A stretch of 64,000 nt of DNA from Gaiellales bacterium (GTDB lineage: Bacteria > Actinomycetota > Thermoleophilia > BMS3ABIN01), in the NCBI GenBank assembly GCA_003599855.1, contig QZKG01000070.1:5698-69697 (forward strand), read 5' to 3'. Below are positions 18,739 through 29,533 of the stretch, piece after piece; the first letter of the stretch is position 1, and each line of letters begins with the position of its first letter. The notes under the pieces are model-generated. The model saw only the letters and a program-made list of their open reading frames with translations. It was not told the origin of the DNA and ran no database searches. Position numbers and translations under genes: made by a program.

Positions 18739-18863
18739 AAACGGGAATATTAGCAGCTTGGGCGCGCCACGCATAACCGCCGGCTTTCCTGCCGCCTTGA
18801 TAAACTGCTGTCGCCCGGCGCGGCTCTTGCGTATTATTGAACAAAACAGTGAGGAGAAGGCCG

Positions 18864-19289
18864 ATGAAGAGCTATCGCAAGGAACTGTTGTTCGAGGTGC
18901 CGGCCCGGCGCGCTTTCATCAACATCACCGGCGAGGTGGAAGCCGCCGTCAGCGAGTCCGGGGTTAGCGAGGGTTTGGTGCTGGTGAACGCCATGCACAT
19001 CACGGCATCCGTTTTCATCAACGACGACGAGCCAGGCCTGCATCAGGACTATGACGACTGGCTGGAGAGGCTGGCGCCCCACGAGCCGGTCGACCAGTAC
19101 CGGCACAACCTCAACGCGGCGCGGGAGGACAACGGCGACGCGCACCTCAAGCGCCAGATAATGGGTCGTGAGTCTGTGGTGGCCATCACGGGCGGGCGGC
19201 TCGACCTGGGCACGTGGGAGCAGGTCTTCTACGGTGAGTTCGACGGACGCCGGCCCAAGCGGGTGCTGATAAAGGTGATCGGGGACTAG
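18864..19289 (+). CDS. yjbQ: YjbQ/UPF0047 family (secondary thiamine-phosphate synthase)
   Basis: [14 protein letters not shown] and [14 protein letters not shown]. Confidence 0.9.
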   Translation: MKSYRKELLFEVPARRAFINITGEVEAAVSESGVSEGLVLVNAMHITASVFINDDEPGLHQDYDDWLERLAPHEPVDQYRHNLNAAREDNGDAHLKRQIMGRESVVAITGGRLDLGTWEQVFYGEFDGRRPKRVLIKVIGD

Positions 19290-20251
19290 CCCCAGGTCTG
19301 CTCGTTGATCCTGACCCGCTCCACGAGGATTATCTCGCAGGCGCCGTCGCCCTGGTCGGTGCGGCTCTTGCTGCTGGCGACCGTGTAGAGCTGGTTGCCG
19401 TCGATCATGCGGATGTCCACGAGCCTGCCCTCGATGCGCACCACATCACCGGCCTTGATGGTGGCCAGCGCTGCGGCGATGTTATTATCGGCGGCGATGA
19501 CATGGCTGTTGCTGACGTGGCTGATGACGTAGGCCGCGTCGATGTCACGCCCCGTCGCCTCCAGCGAGCCCGATACGGTGCCGCGGCGGTCTGACTGCTC
19601 CCAGGTCAGCTTGCTGTCGACGTCAGCATCCGCCAGTTCACCCCAGGCGAGCAGCAGGTCATAGGTCATGAACTCGCCCATGACGTCGTCATAGGCGGTC
19701 ACGCTCTCTACCTTGGCGCTGACCGAGTAGGCCATATCGCTGAACAGCGACACCTCCGCGCCTGAACTCGTGCCGAAGGTGGAGTGGAACACGGAAGACT
19801 GTTTCTGCACAGGGTCGGCGGCCGAGTTGATGCCGTAGGTGACGAAATGGTCTTCCTCACCGTAACCCGGGCTGTCGAAAGCGAAGGTAAGCAGGGCCCA
19901 CAAGGCGCCTGCCAGCATCAGTGTCGTCAGCAGCGACTCGATGATGACCCGCTGGCTCAAGGGGCGGTGGCGGCTGTGGCCCGGGTGGGCGGCCGTGGCC
20001 CCGTGGTGCGCCATCATCATGTGGTTGTGCCGCGCGACTGTTTCGCGCTGCTCAGCGCATTCGCGACAGAATATTCTTGAGCTCGAACACTTGCGGCAGA
20101 AGAACGTGCCACAGCCGCAAAGCCCGGTAACGGGCTCGTCGGGGTGCAGAGCGCATCTATTTTCAGCTGGCGGCCCAGGTAGACCAGACACTTGCTTCCT
20201 CCCAGGCCTCCCCCTCAAGTTCTGTATCGGCGGCGCTGCAGGTTTTCGCAA
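19286..20251 (-). CDS. Hypothetical protein: B-box-like Zn finger, TM helix and extracellular domain
   Basis: CALHP...CGCG..FCRKC...FCREC, a TM helix, and C-terminal [11 protein letters not shown]. Start uncertain. Confidence 0.6.
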   Translation of the reverse strand: MRKPAAPPIQNLRGRPGRKQVSGLPGPPAENRCALHPDEPVTGLCGCGTFFCRKCSSSRIFCRECAEQRETVARHNHMMMAHHGATAAHPGHSRHRPLSQRVIIESLLTTLMLAGALWALLTFAFDSPGYGEEDHFVTYGINSAADPVQKQSSVFHSTFGTSSGAEVSLFSDMAYSVSAKVESVTAYDDVMGEFMTYDLLLAWGELADADVDSKLTWEQSDRRGTVSGSLEATGRDIDAAYVISHVSNSHVIAADNNIAAALATIKAGDVVRIEGRLVDIRMIDGNQLYTVASSKSRTDQGDGACEIILVERVRINEQTWG

Positions 20252-20360
20252 GCCGCTCCCCGAAATGTGGTTACATCCTCGCTGTTCGTGGTAGGAATAA
20301 CCTGTTTCGCGAGGTCATCATCAACCGAAGCACAGGCAGTTCGAAGGGAGGAAAGGGTCT

Positions 20361-20852
20361 TTGCTGCTGCGGGACGAGGTCGATATCATCTGCACCCCGG
20401 CCGATGTGTTCGCCTGGCTCGACGAACTGGACCGCCATTACCTCCTGTGGCATCCGGACCACATCTCCTGCAACTACATCCAGGGTGATTCGATGGCTCC
20501 GGGAGCGGTCCTCTTTTGTCAGGAATACCTGCATGGCAGGCCACACAGGTTCAGGATGAAGGTGACTCGGGTGGTTGATGGTTCAAGGATCGAGTACAGC
20601 ATAGGACCGGGGATGGCCGGCTCTTTCAGCGTCCGGCCCGCGGGCCAGGGGGTTCGTTTCACCGCGGAGCTGCGCCTGGGCCTGGCGCTGCCCCTGCTGT
20701 CGAGGGCGCAGGACGCCGTCATCAGGCGCCTGGCAGACTGGAGGATCGGGGCGCTGAAGCGCCACATGGCCGAAGAAGGCAGAAACCTCAAGGCGATGAT
20801 CGAGGCGTCTCGTCCTCTGCATCATCGCCGTCGTTCCCCAGTTCACGCTTGA
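20361..20852 (+). CDS. SRPBCC (START-like) family protein
   Basis: YLLWHPDH and KRHMAEEGRNLK pattern. GGAGG RBS. Confidence 0.7.
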   Translation: MLLRDEVDIICTPADVFAWLDELDRHYLLWHPDHISCNYIQGDSMAPGAVLFCQEYLHGRPHRFRMKVTRVVDGSRIEYSIGPGMAGSFSVRPAGQGVRFTAELRLGLALPLLSRAQDAVIRRLADWRIGALKRHMAEEGRNLKAMIEASRPLHHRRRSPVHA

Positions 20853-22488
20853 GCACCTTGCGCAGGATGTTACGCGGCAGCTCGCTGCGGAACTCGATCC
20901 TGTTGGGGACCTTGTAGCCGGCGAGCTTCTCCTGGGCGAAATTGCGGATCTCGCTGGCGGTGGCCTTCTCGTTGTCCTTCAGCACGATGTAAGCCTTGAC
21001 GATCTCTCCCTTGAGCTTGTGCGGCACACCCTTGACCGCTACCTCGCTGATCTTGTGGAACTGACCCAGCACCTCCTCGATCTCGCGCGGGTAGACGTTG
21101 AGGCCGCCGGTTATGATCAGGTCCTTCCTGCGGTCGGCGATGAAGTAAAAGCCGTCTTCGTCGACGCTGGCCATGTCGCCGGTCCTCAGCCAGTCGCCGT
21201 CAGCGAAGGCATCCTCGCTCAGGGCGGCCTGGCCCCAGTAGCCTCTCATCACCTGGGGGCCGCGCACCAGCATCTCGCCGATCTCGCCCGTGGGCAGGTC
21301 CTCGCCGGTCTCGATATCGACTATCCTGACCTCAGTGTTCGGCAACGGCAGGCCGATGCTGCCGGTCTTGCGCATCCCGGCAATGGGGTTGACGTGGGTC
21401 ACGGGGGAGGCCTCGGTCAGGCCGTAACCTTCCACCACCCTGCCGCCCGACAGCTCCTCGAACTCCTGCTGGATCTCCCTGGGCAGCTTGTCCGCCCCGC
21501 TGACGCAGGTATGGATGGAGCTCAGGTCGATCTTCTTTCTGCCGTCTGCCCGGTCCCGTTCCAGGGAGTGGTTGATGGCGGCGTACATGGCCGGGATTCC
21601 GGGGAAGAGCGTAGGCCTTTCCCTGTCGATGGTCTTGAGGACTTCGGCCAGGTCGAAGCGGGGCAGCAGGATGAGGCTGGCGGCGCGGCTGATGGCGAGC
21701 ATGCAGCTGGTGAGCGCATAGACGTGGAACAGCGGCAGGACTACCAGGACGCGCTCGCGGGCGTCCACCATGTTATGGAGCCAGGCGCGGGACTGGAGGG
21801 CGTTGGCGACGAGGTTGCGATGGGTCAGCTCCGCCGCCTTCGGCAGCCCCGTGGTGCCGCCCGTGTATTGCAGCAGGGCGGCCGAACCGGCATCGATCCG
21901 CACGCCCGGGGTCTCATCGGGCTTCCGTTCCAGGACGGATTCGAACCAGACCTCCCCCCTGGCGGCGTCCAGCTCGGCCCGATGCCCTTCCTTCTTCTCC
22001 TTGAAGAGGGTGAACAGCAGGCGCATGGACGGGGAGAAACAGTCCTTGATGCTGGTGACGATGAGGCGCTCGACGGACGAGTCTTCGCGCGCAGCCCGGG
22101 CCCGCTTCAGGATGTCCCTGCGGCTGAGGGTCACCAGCACGCGGGCCCCGGAATCGTTCAGCTGGTACGCAAGCTCACGGACCTCGTGGAGCGGGCTGGC
22201 CAGCGTGGCCACGGCGCCGGCCTTGAGCGTGCCGAACAGGCAGATGAGGAACTGGGGCGAGTTGGGCAGGTGGATGGCGACGCGGTCTCCCGGGGCCACC
22301 CCCATGTCGATGAGCCCGTGCGCGAAGCGGTTGGCTTCCTGTTCCAGGCGGGAGTAAGTCATGGTGGCGCCGAAGAAAGTCGTGGCGACGGCATCAGGAT
22401 GCTGACAGGCTGCGCTCTCCAGCAGGTGCTGCAGGGGGTAGTCAGGGATCTCTATCTGTCTGGGCACCTCCGGGGGATAGTAGGTCAT
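20788..22488 (-). CDS. fadD: Long-chain fatty acid--CoA ligase
   Basis: YTGGTTGLPK, EGYGLTE, WLRTGD and DRRKDLII. Confidence 0.9.
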   Translation of the reverse strand: MTYYPPEVPRQIEIPDYPLQHLLESAACQHPDAVATTFFGATMTYSRLEQEANRFAHGLIDMGVAPGDRVAIHLPNSPQFLICLFGTLKAGAVATLASPLHEVRELAYQLNDSGARVLVTLSRRDILKRARAAREDSSVERLIVTSIKDCFSPSMRLLFTLFKEKKEGHRAELDAARGEVWFESVLERKPDETPGVRIDAGSAALLQYTGGTTGLPKAAELTHRNLVANALQSRAWLHNMVDARERVLVVLPLFHVYALTSCMLAISRAASLILLPRFDLAEVLKTIDRERPTLFPGIPAMYAAINHSLERDRADGRKKIDLSSIHTCVSGADKLPREIQQEFEELSGGRVVEGYGLTEASPVTHVNPIAGMRKTGSIGLPLPNTEVRIVDIETGEDLPTGEIGEMLVRGPQVMRGYWGQAALSEDAFADGDWLRTGDMASVDEDGFYFIADRRKDLIITGGLNVYPREIEEVLGQFHKISEVAVKGVPHKLKGEIVKAYIVLKDNEKATASEIRNFAQEKLAGYKVPNRIEFRSELPRNILRKVLKRELGNDGDDAEDETPRSSP

Positions 22489-22509
22489 GAGAGCTCCCGG
22501 TCCCGGCTC

Positions 22510-23502
22510 TTACTGGAGCGAAGCCAGCGCTTCCCGGGCCCAGTCCGGGTTCTTCAGCAGTTCCCTGCCCACAGCCACCAGGTCAGCCCGGCCATCCTCG
22601 ATCACGCTGTTGGCGAACGATGCTTCCCTGATGCCGCCCACGGCTATGACAGGCACATCCACAACTGACTTGATGCTCTCCGCCAGGGGTACGTAGAAGC
22701 CCTGGACGCCGGAGAGGTCCTTCGGGCGTGAGCCGCAGAGGCCGCCGGAGACGTCGAGGATGTCGATGCCCACCCCGACTAGGCGCGGCGCCGCCTCGCG
22801 CGCCTCGTCGAGGGCCAGCCCTTCCTGCATGAAATCGCTGGCGCCGAAGCGGTAGAGGAGCGGGTAGTCCGGTCCTGCCACCTCGCGCACGGCGGTTATC
22901 ACCTCGAGGGGGAAGCGCAGGCGGTTCTCCAGGCTGCCCCCGTACTCATCCGTCCTCCGGTTGGTGTAGGGGGAGAGGAACTCGCTGAGCAGGAAGCCGT
23001 GGGCGCCGTGTATCTCGATGGCGTCGAAACCCGCCTCGATCGCCCGCCTGGCGGCGTCGCGGTACAGACCGATGAGCTCGCTGAGCTCGTCAGCAGAGAG
23101 GGGCCTAGGCTCGACGCCCCGGCCGGGCACGGCGACGTCCGCCGGCCCCACGGGCTGGCAGCCGATGATCTCCGCAGTGGTATTGGCTCCCGCATGGGTC
23201 AGCTGGATGGCGCTGGCCGCGCCGCCGGCGCGGATGGTGTCGGCAAGCCCCCTGAGGCCGGGCACAAGTCCGTCATCATGGATGCCAAGCTGGGGCGCCG
23301 TCATCTTGCCGCGGGGCGTGATATAGCTGTGCTCGACGATAATCAGGCCGACCTCAGCCTCGGCTCGCGCCCGGTAATGGTCCAGATGCCTGCTGGTGAC
23401 TGCGCCGGATTCATCGGAAAGGTCGTTGGCCATGGGGGGCATCACGATGCGGTTTCGCAGGGTGACGCCTTTTATCGTGAGGGAATCGGAAAGCTTTGGC
23501 AT
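22510..23502 (-). CDS. NADH:flavin oxidoreductase (Old Yellow Enzyme family)
   Basis: RNRIVMPPM, GFDAIEIHGAHGFLL and NRRTDEYGGSLENR. Confidence 0.9.
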   Translation of the reverse strand: MPKLSDSLTIKGVTLRNRIVMPPMANDLSDESGAVTSRHLDHYRARAEAEVGLIIVEHSYITPRGKMTAPQLGIHDDGLVPGLRGLADTIRAGGAASAIQLTHAGANTTAEIIGCQPVGPADVAVPGRGVEPRPLSADELSELIGLYRDAARRAIEAGFDAIEIHGAHGFLLSEFLSPYTNRRTDEYGGSLENRLRFPLEVITAVREVAGPDYPLLYRFGASDFMQEGLALDEAREAAPRLVGVGIDILDVSGGLCGSRPKDLSGVQGFYVPLAESIKSVVDVPVIAVGGIREASFANSVIEDGRADLVAVGRELLKNPDWAREALASLQ

Positions 23503-23636
23503 AATTCCTCCTCAAATCAAGTTGGAAGAATAATAGCCGATTAAAAATCCACTTGAAAGGGCAATCCCTATCGGTCACTGAAGGCTCTGGTATCATAGGG
23601 CGACCGCATGACGACCAGGCCGGGCCAGGGTGGCGC

Positions 23637-25124
23637 ATGAAAAAAGACTGGCACATATTCGCAATCTGGGCAGCCGTATCCGCGCTGTTGGTGTTCGGCC
23701 TGCTGGCCATGGAGCAAAGCGGCTGCGATACGCGCACCTCACGCTCGGCTGGAAGTGGCGATGGCGCCAGCGTCGACAGCGACGATGACTCAGCGGATGG
23801 TATTGGGGCCGGGGGCAGGAAGAAGGACAGGGACAGGAAGTCCCAGGATGATCCCGGCAGCGAGGATGGCGGGAGCAGCGACGACTCCGCCCGGGCTAAC
23901 GGCCTGCCGACGGTGGAATCGATTGCCGCGGCAGTATCCGCTCTCAGGGGGCTGCCGCTGAACGCCGCCATCGAGGTCAGTTACATCGACCGTGAAGAAC
24001 TGCAGGAGCGGATCGAGGAGGACTTCGCCGAGGAGTATCCTCCCGGGGAGCTGGAAGCCCAGGGGCAGGCGCTGGCGGCGCTCGACCTGATCCCGCCGGG
24101 CACGGACCTGCGCGAGGAGCTGGAAGAGCTCATGGTCGATCAGATCGCCGGGTTCTACGACGACGAGACCAAGGAGCTGGCGCTCGTCAGCGACAGCGAC
24201 GAGCTCGACGTCATGAACGAGGTGACCCTGGCCCATGAGGTGACCCACGCCCTGCAGGACCAGAGTTTCTCGCTGGCCGGCCTGTATCCGGTCGAGGGCC
24301 CGGGAATGGCGGACGTCAACATGGCCCGCCTGGCCCTGGTGGAGGGGGACGCCTCCCTGGCGATGACAGAATATGTCGAGGCCGAGCTCTCACTGATGGA
24401 CATGTTCAACCTGGGGATGTCCGGGGGCGGCAGCCTGCTCGGGACCTCGCCTTACCTGGACGATTCCCTCCTGTTCCCGTACCTCGCCGGCGAGGAGTTC
24501 GTGGCGCAGGTCAAGGAGAAGGGTGGCTGGGAGCTGGTCAATGCCGTCTATGCCTCCCCGCCGGAATCCACCGAGCAGATCATCCATCCGGAGAAGTATT
24601 TCGAAAAAGACCATCCCGTCTTCCTGGCGCTGCCGGACCTGCTGCCGGTAGCCGGAGCCGGCTGGGAGGCCGTTTATGACGACTCTTTCGGCGAGTTCGA
24701 CGTGCGCCAGCTGCTGGCTGAGGGGCTGCGCTACCGGCAGGCCTCGGAGGCGGCGGCGGGTTGGGACGGCGGGCGCTACAGCTATTACGAGCGCAGCGAC
24801 GGGGCGCCCATGGCCGTCATCCTGCTGGCCTGGGACAGCAACGAGGAAGCCGCGGAGTTCACCCAGGCGATGGCGGAGTACCTTGCATATTCCTACTGCT
24901 CGGAGTTCGAGTTCGCCGAGCGCCAGTTCCCCATCCTCGAATCCTGTGACGGTGACTACTGGGTCATGGTCAAGAAGGGCGCCGCCGTACTGGTGGCGAG
25001 GGTGCCGGACAGGACGCTGGCGAACCTGCTGCCGCCGGCCGTCCTCGGCGTGCGCCCGCCGGAACCGGGATTCGCTGACAACATCCAGCCGGGCAACGTC
25101 CTTGCCGCCCATCAGGGCGGTTAA
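23637..25124 (+). CDS. Exported zincin-like protein (HEXXH metallopeptidase motif)
   Basis: N-terminal TM/signal, LAHEVTHALQDQ, ALVEGDA, PPESTEQIIHP and AAAGWDG. Confidence 0.65.
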   Translation: MKKDWHIFAIWAAVSALLVFGLLAMEQSGCDTRTSRSAGSGDGASVDSDDDSADGIGAGGRKKDRDRKSQDDPGSEDGGSSDDSARANGLPTVESIAAAVSALRGLPLNAAIEVSYIDREELQERIEEDFAEEYPPGELEAQGQALAALDLIPPGTDLREELEELMVDQIAGFYDDETKELALVSDSDELDVMNEVTLAHEVTHALQDQSFSLAGLYPVEGPGMADVNMARLALVEGDASLAMTEYVEAELSLMDMFNLGMSGGGSLLGTSPYLDDSLLFPYLAGEEFVAQVKEKGGWELVNAVYASPPESTEQIIHPEKYFEKDHPVFLALPDLLPVAGAGWEAVYDDSFGEFDVRQLLAEGLRYRQASEAAAGWDGGRYSYYERSDGAPMAVILLAWDSNEEAAEFTQAMAEYLAYSYCSEFEFAERQFPILESCDGDYWVMVKKGAAVLVARVPDRTLANLLPPAVLGVRPPEPGFADNIQPGNVLAAHQGG

Positions 25125-26152
25125 GGAGCTTTTCTTCTCACCTGCTTCTTCTCCCCGGAGAACAGCATGCGCGCTTCAGTCCAGTAGGCGGCGAAGTACG
25201 TGTTCAGCGCTGCTGTGAAGAGCAGGCCGGTTACCAGCGGCGGCAGGGTAAGCAGGCTGGCGATGACGACGCCCCCCGCACTCCAGCCCGAGGTGTAGAC
25301 GTGGCTCCAGGCCAGTACAGCCGGTATGGCCGTCAGCAGTCCGGCGAAAGCCGCCACGATGGTGGCGCCGATGCTGATGCCGACGCTGATGGCGAAGAGC
25401 ATGAGTGAGCGGCTGAGGTTGTCGAGCAGCAGGGAGGTTGCGTTCCTGAGGGCTGCAAGGGGCCGCAGACCATCCAGCACCACGGCGCGGCTGCCGAGGC
25501 TGAAAAGGAGGAAGGCGCCCACAGCCAGCACCGGCCAGAGGCCCAGCGCCGCGAGAAACCCCAGGGTCGAGACCGTTGCCGCCAGCGCCGCCAGGGCAGC
25601 GAAGCCGATGAGCAGCGCCCCTGCGAGCTCGGTGGCATCATGGCCGGTCGACAGCAGCAAAAAAGCAAGCGCGCCCAGGGCTGCCAGTGCCAGCGCGGCG
25701 AGGAGAGGGATGGCGGCTGCGAGCAGCATGTAGGGGAGCAGTAGTCTGAAGTTCCTCCTGCCATGGGACAGGGCGGAGCGGAAACCGGCGGGCCGGCCCA
25801 GGCTGATGTCGCGCACGGTGGCGATGGCGGCGCCGTGGCAGAAGACTGACCAGAGCCAGAGGATGACACCCAGGACGATAAGGGAGACGGCTATGGTTAT
25901 CACGAGCGCCAGGTGGTCCTGCAGCCAGGCGACGATGGCGCCGGCGACCTCGTCAGCCGAGGAAGCTTCATCGTCCCCCGCAGCCGTTACGTAGGAATTG
26001 TAATCGCAGCTCCAGCCACCGAAGGCGCTGGTGGTGCCGGCGAAAAGGCCGAAGAACCAGAGGAACCTGTTGCGCCAGACCAGCGATGCGCTGTCCTTGA
26101 TCACCTGGCCGTAATCGAACTCCCCGCCCGGTGGCTGGTAGATACGCGTCAT
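25121..26152 (-). CDS. Polytopic membrane protein of unknown function
   Basis: WRNRFLWFFGLFAG N-terminus and multiple TM helices. Confidence 0.65.
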   Translation of the reverse strand: MTRIYQPPGGEFDYGQVIKDSASLVWRNRFLWFFGLFAGTTSAFGGWSCDYNSYVTAAGDDEASSADEVAGAIVAWLQDHLALVITIAVSLIVLGVILWLWSVFCHGAAIATVRDISLGRPAGFRSALSHGRRNFRLLLPYMLLAAAIPLLAALALAALGALAFLLLSTGHDATELAGALLIGFAALAALAATVSTLGFLAALGLWPVLAVGAFLLFSLGSRAVVLDGLRPLAALRNATSLLLDNLSRSLMLFAISVGISIGATIVAAFAGLLTAIPAVLAWSHVYTSGWSAGGVVIASLLTLPPLVTGLLFTAALNTYFAAYWTEARMLFSGEKKQVRRKAP

Positions 26153-26237
26153 AACCTCACCGCACCTCGCTATCAGGACCGAAAACGGTCGTCATTGGCC
26201 ACTGCATGTCTTCATATTATTTAATAGAATCATGACC

Positions 26238-27431
26238 ATGGAAAGAAAGACCCTGTTCATAGACTGTTTCTCCGGCGTTTCCGGGGACATGTTCGTGGCG
26301 GCGCTGCTGGACCTGGGTGTCGGCTCCATCGACATGCTCAGGGAGGAGCTTGGCCGGCTGGACCTCGAGGGCTGGGAGGTGGAGCTGGAGCGGGTGCGCC
26401 CTTCGGGCATCGCCGCCAGCCGCTTCATCGTGCGGGTCGCCGGTGAGAAGCAGGAGCCGCGCAGCCTTTCGGACATCAACGACCTGATTTCATCCAGCAG
26501 GCTGTCCGAGAACGTCAAGTCCCGCTGCCTGGCGATCTTCAGCCGGGTGGGGCGGGCCGAGGCCGAGGCTCACGGCCACTCGCTGCAGGAAGTCCATTTC
26601 CACGAGGTGGGCATGGTGGACAGCATCATCGACATCGTCAGCGCCTGTCTCCTCATGGAGGAGCTTGCCCCGGCTGAGGTAATCTGCTCGCCGGTGGAGA
26701 TGGGCTCGGGCATGGTGGACACCAAGCACGGGCTGATGCCGGTGCCTGCTCCGGCGACGGAGATCCTGCTCAGGGGGGTGCCGGTTGCCCACGGCGGCGA
26801 GGAGTGTGAATTGACCACACCCACCGGGGCCGCCCTGGTGGGATTCTTCACGGACTCGTTCGAGCCATTGCCGGCGATGCGGATCGAGGCGATAGGTTAC
26901 GGCAGCGGCACGCGGGAGACGCAACGGCCCAACGTGATCCGTTTCCTCCTGGGCGAGCGCGCCAGCGGCGACGGCGGCGCCGAAGAAGTGGAGCACATGG
27001 TGCAGCTGGAGACGAACATAGACGACAGCACCCCCGAGCTGCTCGCTTCGATGGTCGAAGAGATGATGGCCCAGGGGGCCAACGACGCCTGGCTCACGCC
27101 GGTCATAATGAAGAAGGGACGGCCCGGGGTGCAGGTATCCGTCCTCTGCCCGCGCGGCGCCCTCGACCGCTTCATGGACCTGTTCTTCAGTCAGTCTTCT
27201 ACCTTCGGCGTCAGGGTGCGCGAGGTGGAGCGCCACTGTCTCGAACGCCGCCTGGACACTGTCGGGACCGACTACGGGTTCATCAGGGTGAAGAAGGGCC
27301 TGCGCCGCGGCAGGGTCGTCACTGCCGCGCCGGAGTACGAGGATTGCCGCCGGGCAGCCCGGGAGCATGGGGTGCCGCTCAAAGTGGTATACGAGGCCGC
27401 GCTGGTGGCCGCTGTCCGTCCGCACCACTGA
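26238..27431 (+). CDS. larC: Nickel pincer cofactor biosynthesis protein LarC (Ni insertase)
   Basis: DCFSGVSGDM, VHFHEVG, PVPAPAT, ELTTPTGAA, ETNIDD, MKKGRPG and PEYED. Start could be ATG 26232. Confidence 0.92.
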   Translation: MERKTLFIDCFSGVSGDMFVAALLDLGVGSIDMLREELGRLDLEGWEVELERVRPSGIAASRFIVRVAGEKQEPRSLSDINDLISSSRLSENVKSRCLAIFSRVGRAEAEAHGHSLQEVHFHEVGMVDSIIDIVSACLLMEELAPAEVICSPVEMGSGMVDTKHGLMPVPAPATEILLRGVPVAHGGEECELTTPTGAALVGFFTDSFEPLPAMRIEAIGYGSGTRETQRPNVIRFLLGERASGDGGAEEVEHMVQLETNIDDSTPELLASMVEEMMAQGANDAWLTPVIMKKGRPGVQVSVLCPRGALDRFMDLFFSQSSTFGVRVREVERHCLERRLDTVGTDYGFIRVKKGLRRGRVVTAAPEYEDCRRAAREHGVPLKVVYEAALVAAVRPHH

Positions 27432-27566
27432 GGAATGATGCCTGCCTGATGGCCGCCGGGCTGCCAGGAGGGGCCGGGCTCCCGCGGGCGCGTTCATGCC
27501 ATCCATCACGAATTCTTATGGTCGAAGCCGTATCAATCGTTTCGATTGGCTCCCGCCCTGCCCGTG

Positions 27567-27595
27567 TTGACGGCAACTATCCAAATGAATATAAT
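27567..27595 (+). promoter_or_regulatory. Sigma70 promoter of fhs
   Basis: TTGACG-N17-TATAAT. Confidence 0.85.
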
Positions 27596-27608
27596 GCGGT
27601 TTCCTAGC

Positions 27609-27626
27609 TTGTTCAATAATTCACAA
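27609..27626 (+). promoter_or_regulatory. Putative Rex operator upstream of fhs
   Basis: TTGTTCA-ATAA-TTCACAA versus the consensus TTGTGAA-N4-TTCACAA, just downstream of the predicted +1. Confidence 0.7.
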
Positions 27627-27648
27627 ACTCGAAGTGGAAAGGAGCACC

Positions 27649-29355
27649 TTGGCATCTGAAACCAAAACACCGCCTGATATCGACATAGCGCAGGCAGCGG
27701 AGATGAAGCACATCACCGAGATCGCGGCGGCAGCCGGGATCCAGGAGGACGAGCTCGAGCTGTACGGCAACTACAAGGCCAAGATCGACTACATGAAGAT
27801 ACTCGAACGCCTCAAGGACGAGCCGGACGGCAAGCTCATCGACGTCACCGCCATCACGCCGACCCCCTGGGGCGAGGGCAAGACCGTCACCTCGCTGGGC
27901 CTGGCCCAGGCGCTCAAGAAGATCGGCAAGAACGTCATCCTCTGCATCCGCGAACCGTCCCTGGGTCCCGTGTTCGGCATCAAGGGCGGGGCGGCCGGCG
28001 GCGGCTACGCCCAGGCGATACCCATGGAGGACCTGAACCTGCACTTCACCGGCGACATCCACGCCGTGAGCGCCGCCAACAATTTGCTGGCTGCCATGAT
28101 CGACACCGAGCTGATGCAGGGCCGCAACAGGCTCAACATCAACCCGCTGACGGTGAGCTGGCGCCGCGTCATCGACATGAACGACCGTGCCATGCGCCAC
28201 ATCGTCTGCGGGCTGGGCGGCTACCTCAACGGTTCGCCGCGCGAGACCGGCTTCGATATCGCCGTGGCTTCCGAGGTGATGGCCATCCTGGCGCTGGCCA
28301 CCGACCTCAAGGACCTGCGCGAGCGCATGGGCCGCATCGTCTTCGCCTACGACAACGACGGCAACCCGCTCACCGCCGAGGATATCGGCGCCGCCGGGGC
28401 CATGACCGTCCTAATGAAGGACGCCTTGAAGCCCAACCTGATCCAGACGCTGGAGCACGGCCCGGTCTTCATGCACGCCGGCCCCTTCGCCAACATCGCC
28501 CACGGCAACAACTCGGTGCTGGCCACCAAGGTCGCCCTCAAGCTGGCGGACTACGTCGTCACGGAGTCCGGCTTCGGCGCCGACCTGGGCGCGGAGAAGT
28601 TCATGAACATCACCTGCCGCGCCGGCGGTTTCGCCGCCAGCGCCGTGAACATCACCTGCACCATCCGGGCGCTGAAGATGCACGGCTACGGCCGCACCTG
28701 CACCCGCGAGGAGCTCGAGGTGGAGAACCTGGAGATGCTGGAGGAAGGCTGCCAGAACCTCGCCAAGCAGATCGAGAACATGAAGCACTTCGGCATCCCC
28801 GTGGTGGTGACGGTGAACCGCTTCGCCAGCGACACCGATGCCGAGGTGGAGCTGGTGCAGAAGAAGGCAGTGGAGTTCGGGGCCGAGGCCTGCAACCCCA
28901 TCACCGTCCACCGCGACGGCGGCGACGGCGCCATCGAGGCGGCCAACGCCGTGGTGGAGGCCTGCGACCGGCCGAGCGACTTCCAGTTCCTCTATCCGGA
29001 TGAAGCCTCCATCAAGGAGAAGATCGAGACCATCGCCATGAAGATGTACGGCGCTGACGGCGTCGACTACATGCCTGAGGCGGAGCAGAAGATCGAGGCC
29101 TTCACCAGGGCGGGCTACGACAAGCTGCCCATCTGCATGGCCAAGACCCACCTGTCGCTCTCGCATGACCCGACGCTCAAGAACCGTCCGAGCGGTTTCC
29201 GGGTGCCGATCCGCGACATCCGCCCCTCCATCGGCGCGGGCTTCCTCTACCCGCTGCTGGGCACCATGAGCACCATGCCCGGCCTGCCGGAGCGCCCGGC
29301 TGCCGTGGACGTCGACATCGACGTCGAGACCGGGAGGATCAAGGGGCTGTTCTAG
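27649..29355 (+). CDS. fhs: Formate--tetrahydrofolate ligase
   Basis: TAITPTPWGEGKT, KGGAAGGGY, LNLHFTGDIHA, GPFANIAHG and CMAKT. AAGGAG RBS before TTG 27649. Confidence 0.97.
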   Translation: MASETKTPPDIDIAQAAEMKHITEIAAAAGIQEDELELYGNYKAKIDYMKILERLKDEPDGKLIDVTAITPTPWGEGKTVTSLGLAQALKKIGKNVILCIREPSLGPVFGIKGGAAGGGYAQAIPMEDLNLHFTGDIHAVSAANNLLAAMIDTELMQGRNRLNINPLTVSWRRVIDMNDRAMRHIVCGLGGYLNGSPRETGFDIAVASEVMAILALATDLKDLRERMGRIVFAYDNDGNPLTAEDIGAAGAMTVLMKDALKPNLIQTLEHGPVFMHAGPFANIAHGNNSVLATKVALKLADYVVTESGFGADLGAEKFMNITCRAGGFAASAVNITCTIRALKMHGYGRTCTREELEVENLEMLEEGCQNLAKQIENMKHFGIPVVVTVNRFASDTDAEVELVQKKAVEFGAEACNPITVHRDGGDGAIEAANAVVEACDRPSDFQFLYPDEASIKEKIETIAMKMYGADGVDYMPEAEQKIEAFTRAGYDKLPICMAKTHLSLSHDPTLKNRPSGFRVPIRDIRPSIGAGFLYPLLGTMSTMPGLPERPAAVDVDIDVETGRIKGLF

Positions 29356-29381
29356 CGAAGGCCGAATGTATGCGCAAAACC

Positions 29382-29415
29382 AAAGGGGGACACGGGAGCC
29401 CGTGTCCCCCTTTTT
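29382..29415 (+). terminator. Intrinsic terminator after fhs
   Basis: AAAGGGGGACACGGG / CCCGTGTCCCCCTTT stem followed by a T run. Confidence 0.85.
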
Positions 29416-29533
29416 CCATGCTCGCTGCCTTAGTCATCTGGTTATCCAGAAGGGGGTTTTACAGCGGCAGGTTTGAAGTCGGAACTGCAAGACAATAACA
29501 TGGCGTCAACCTGTTCTGACGAAGGAGGCTTCG

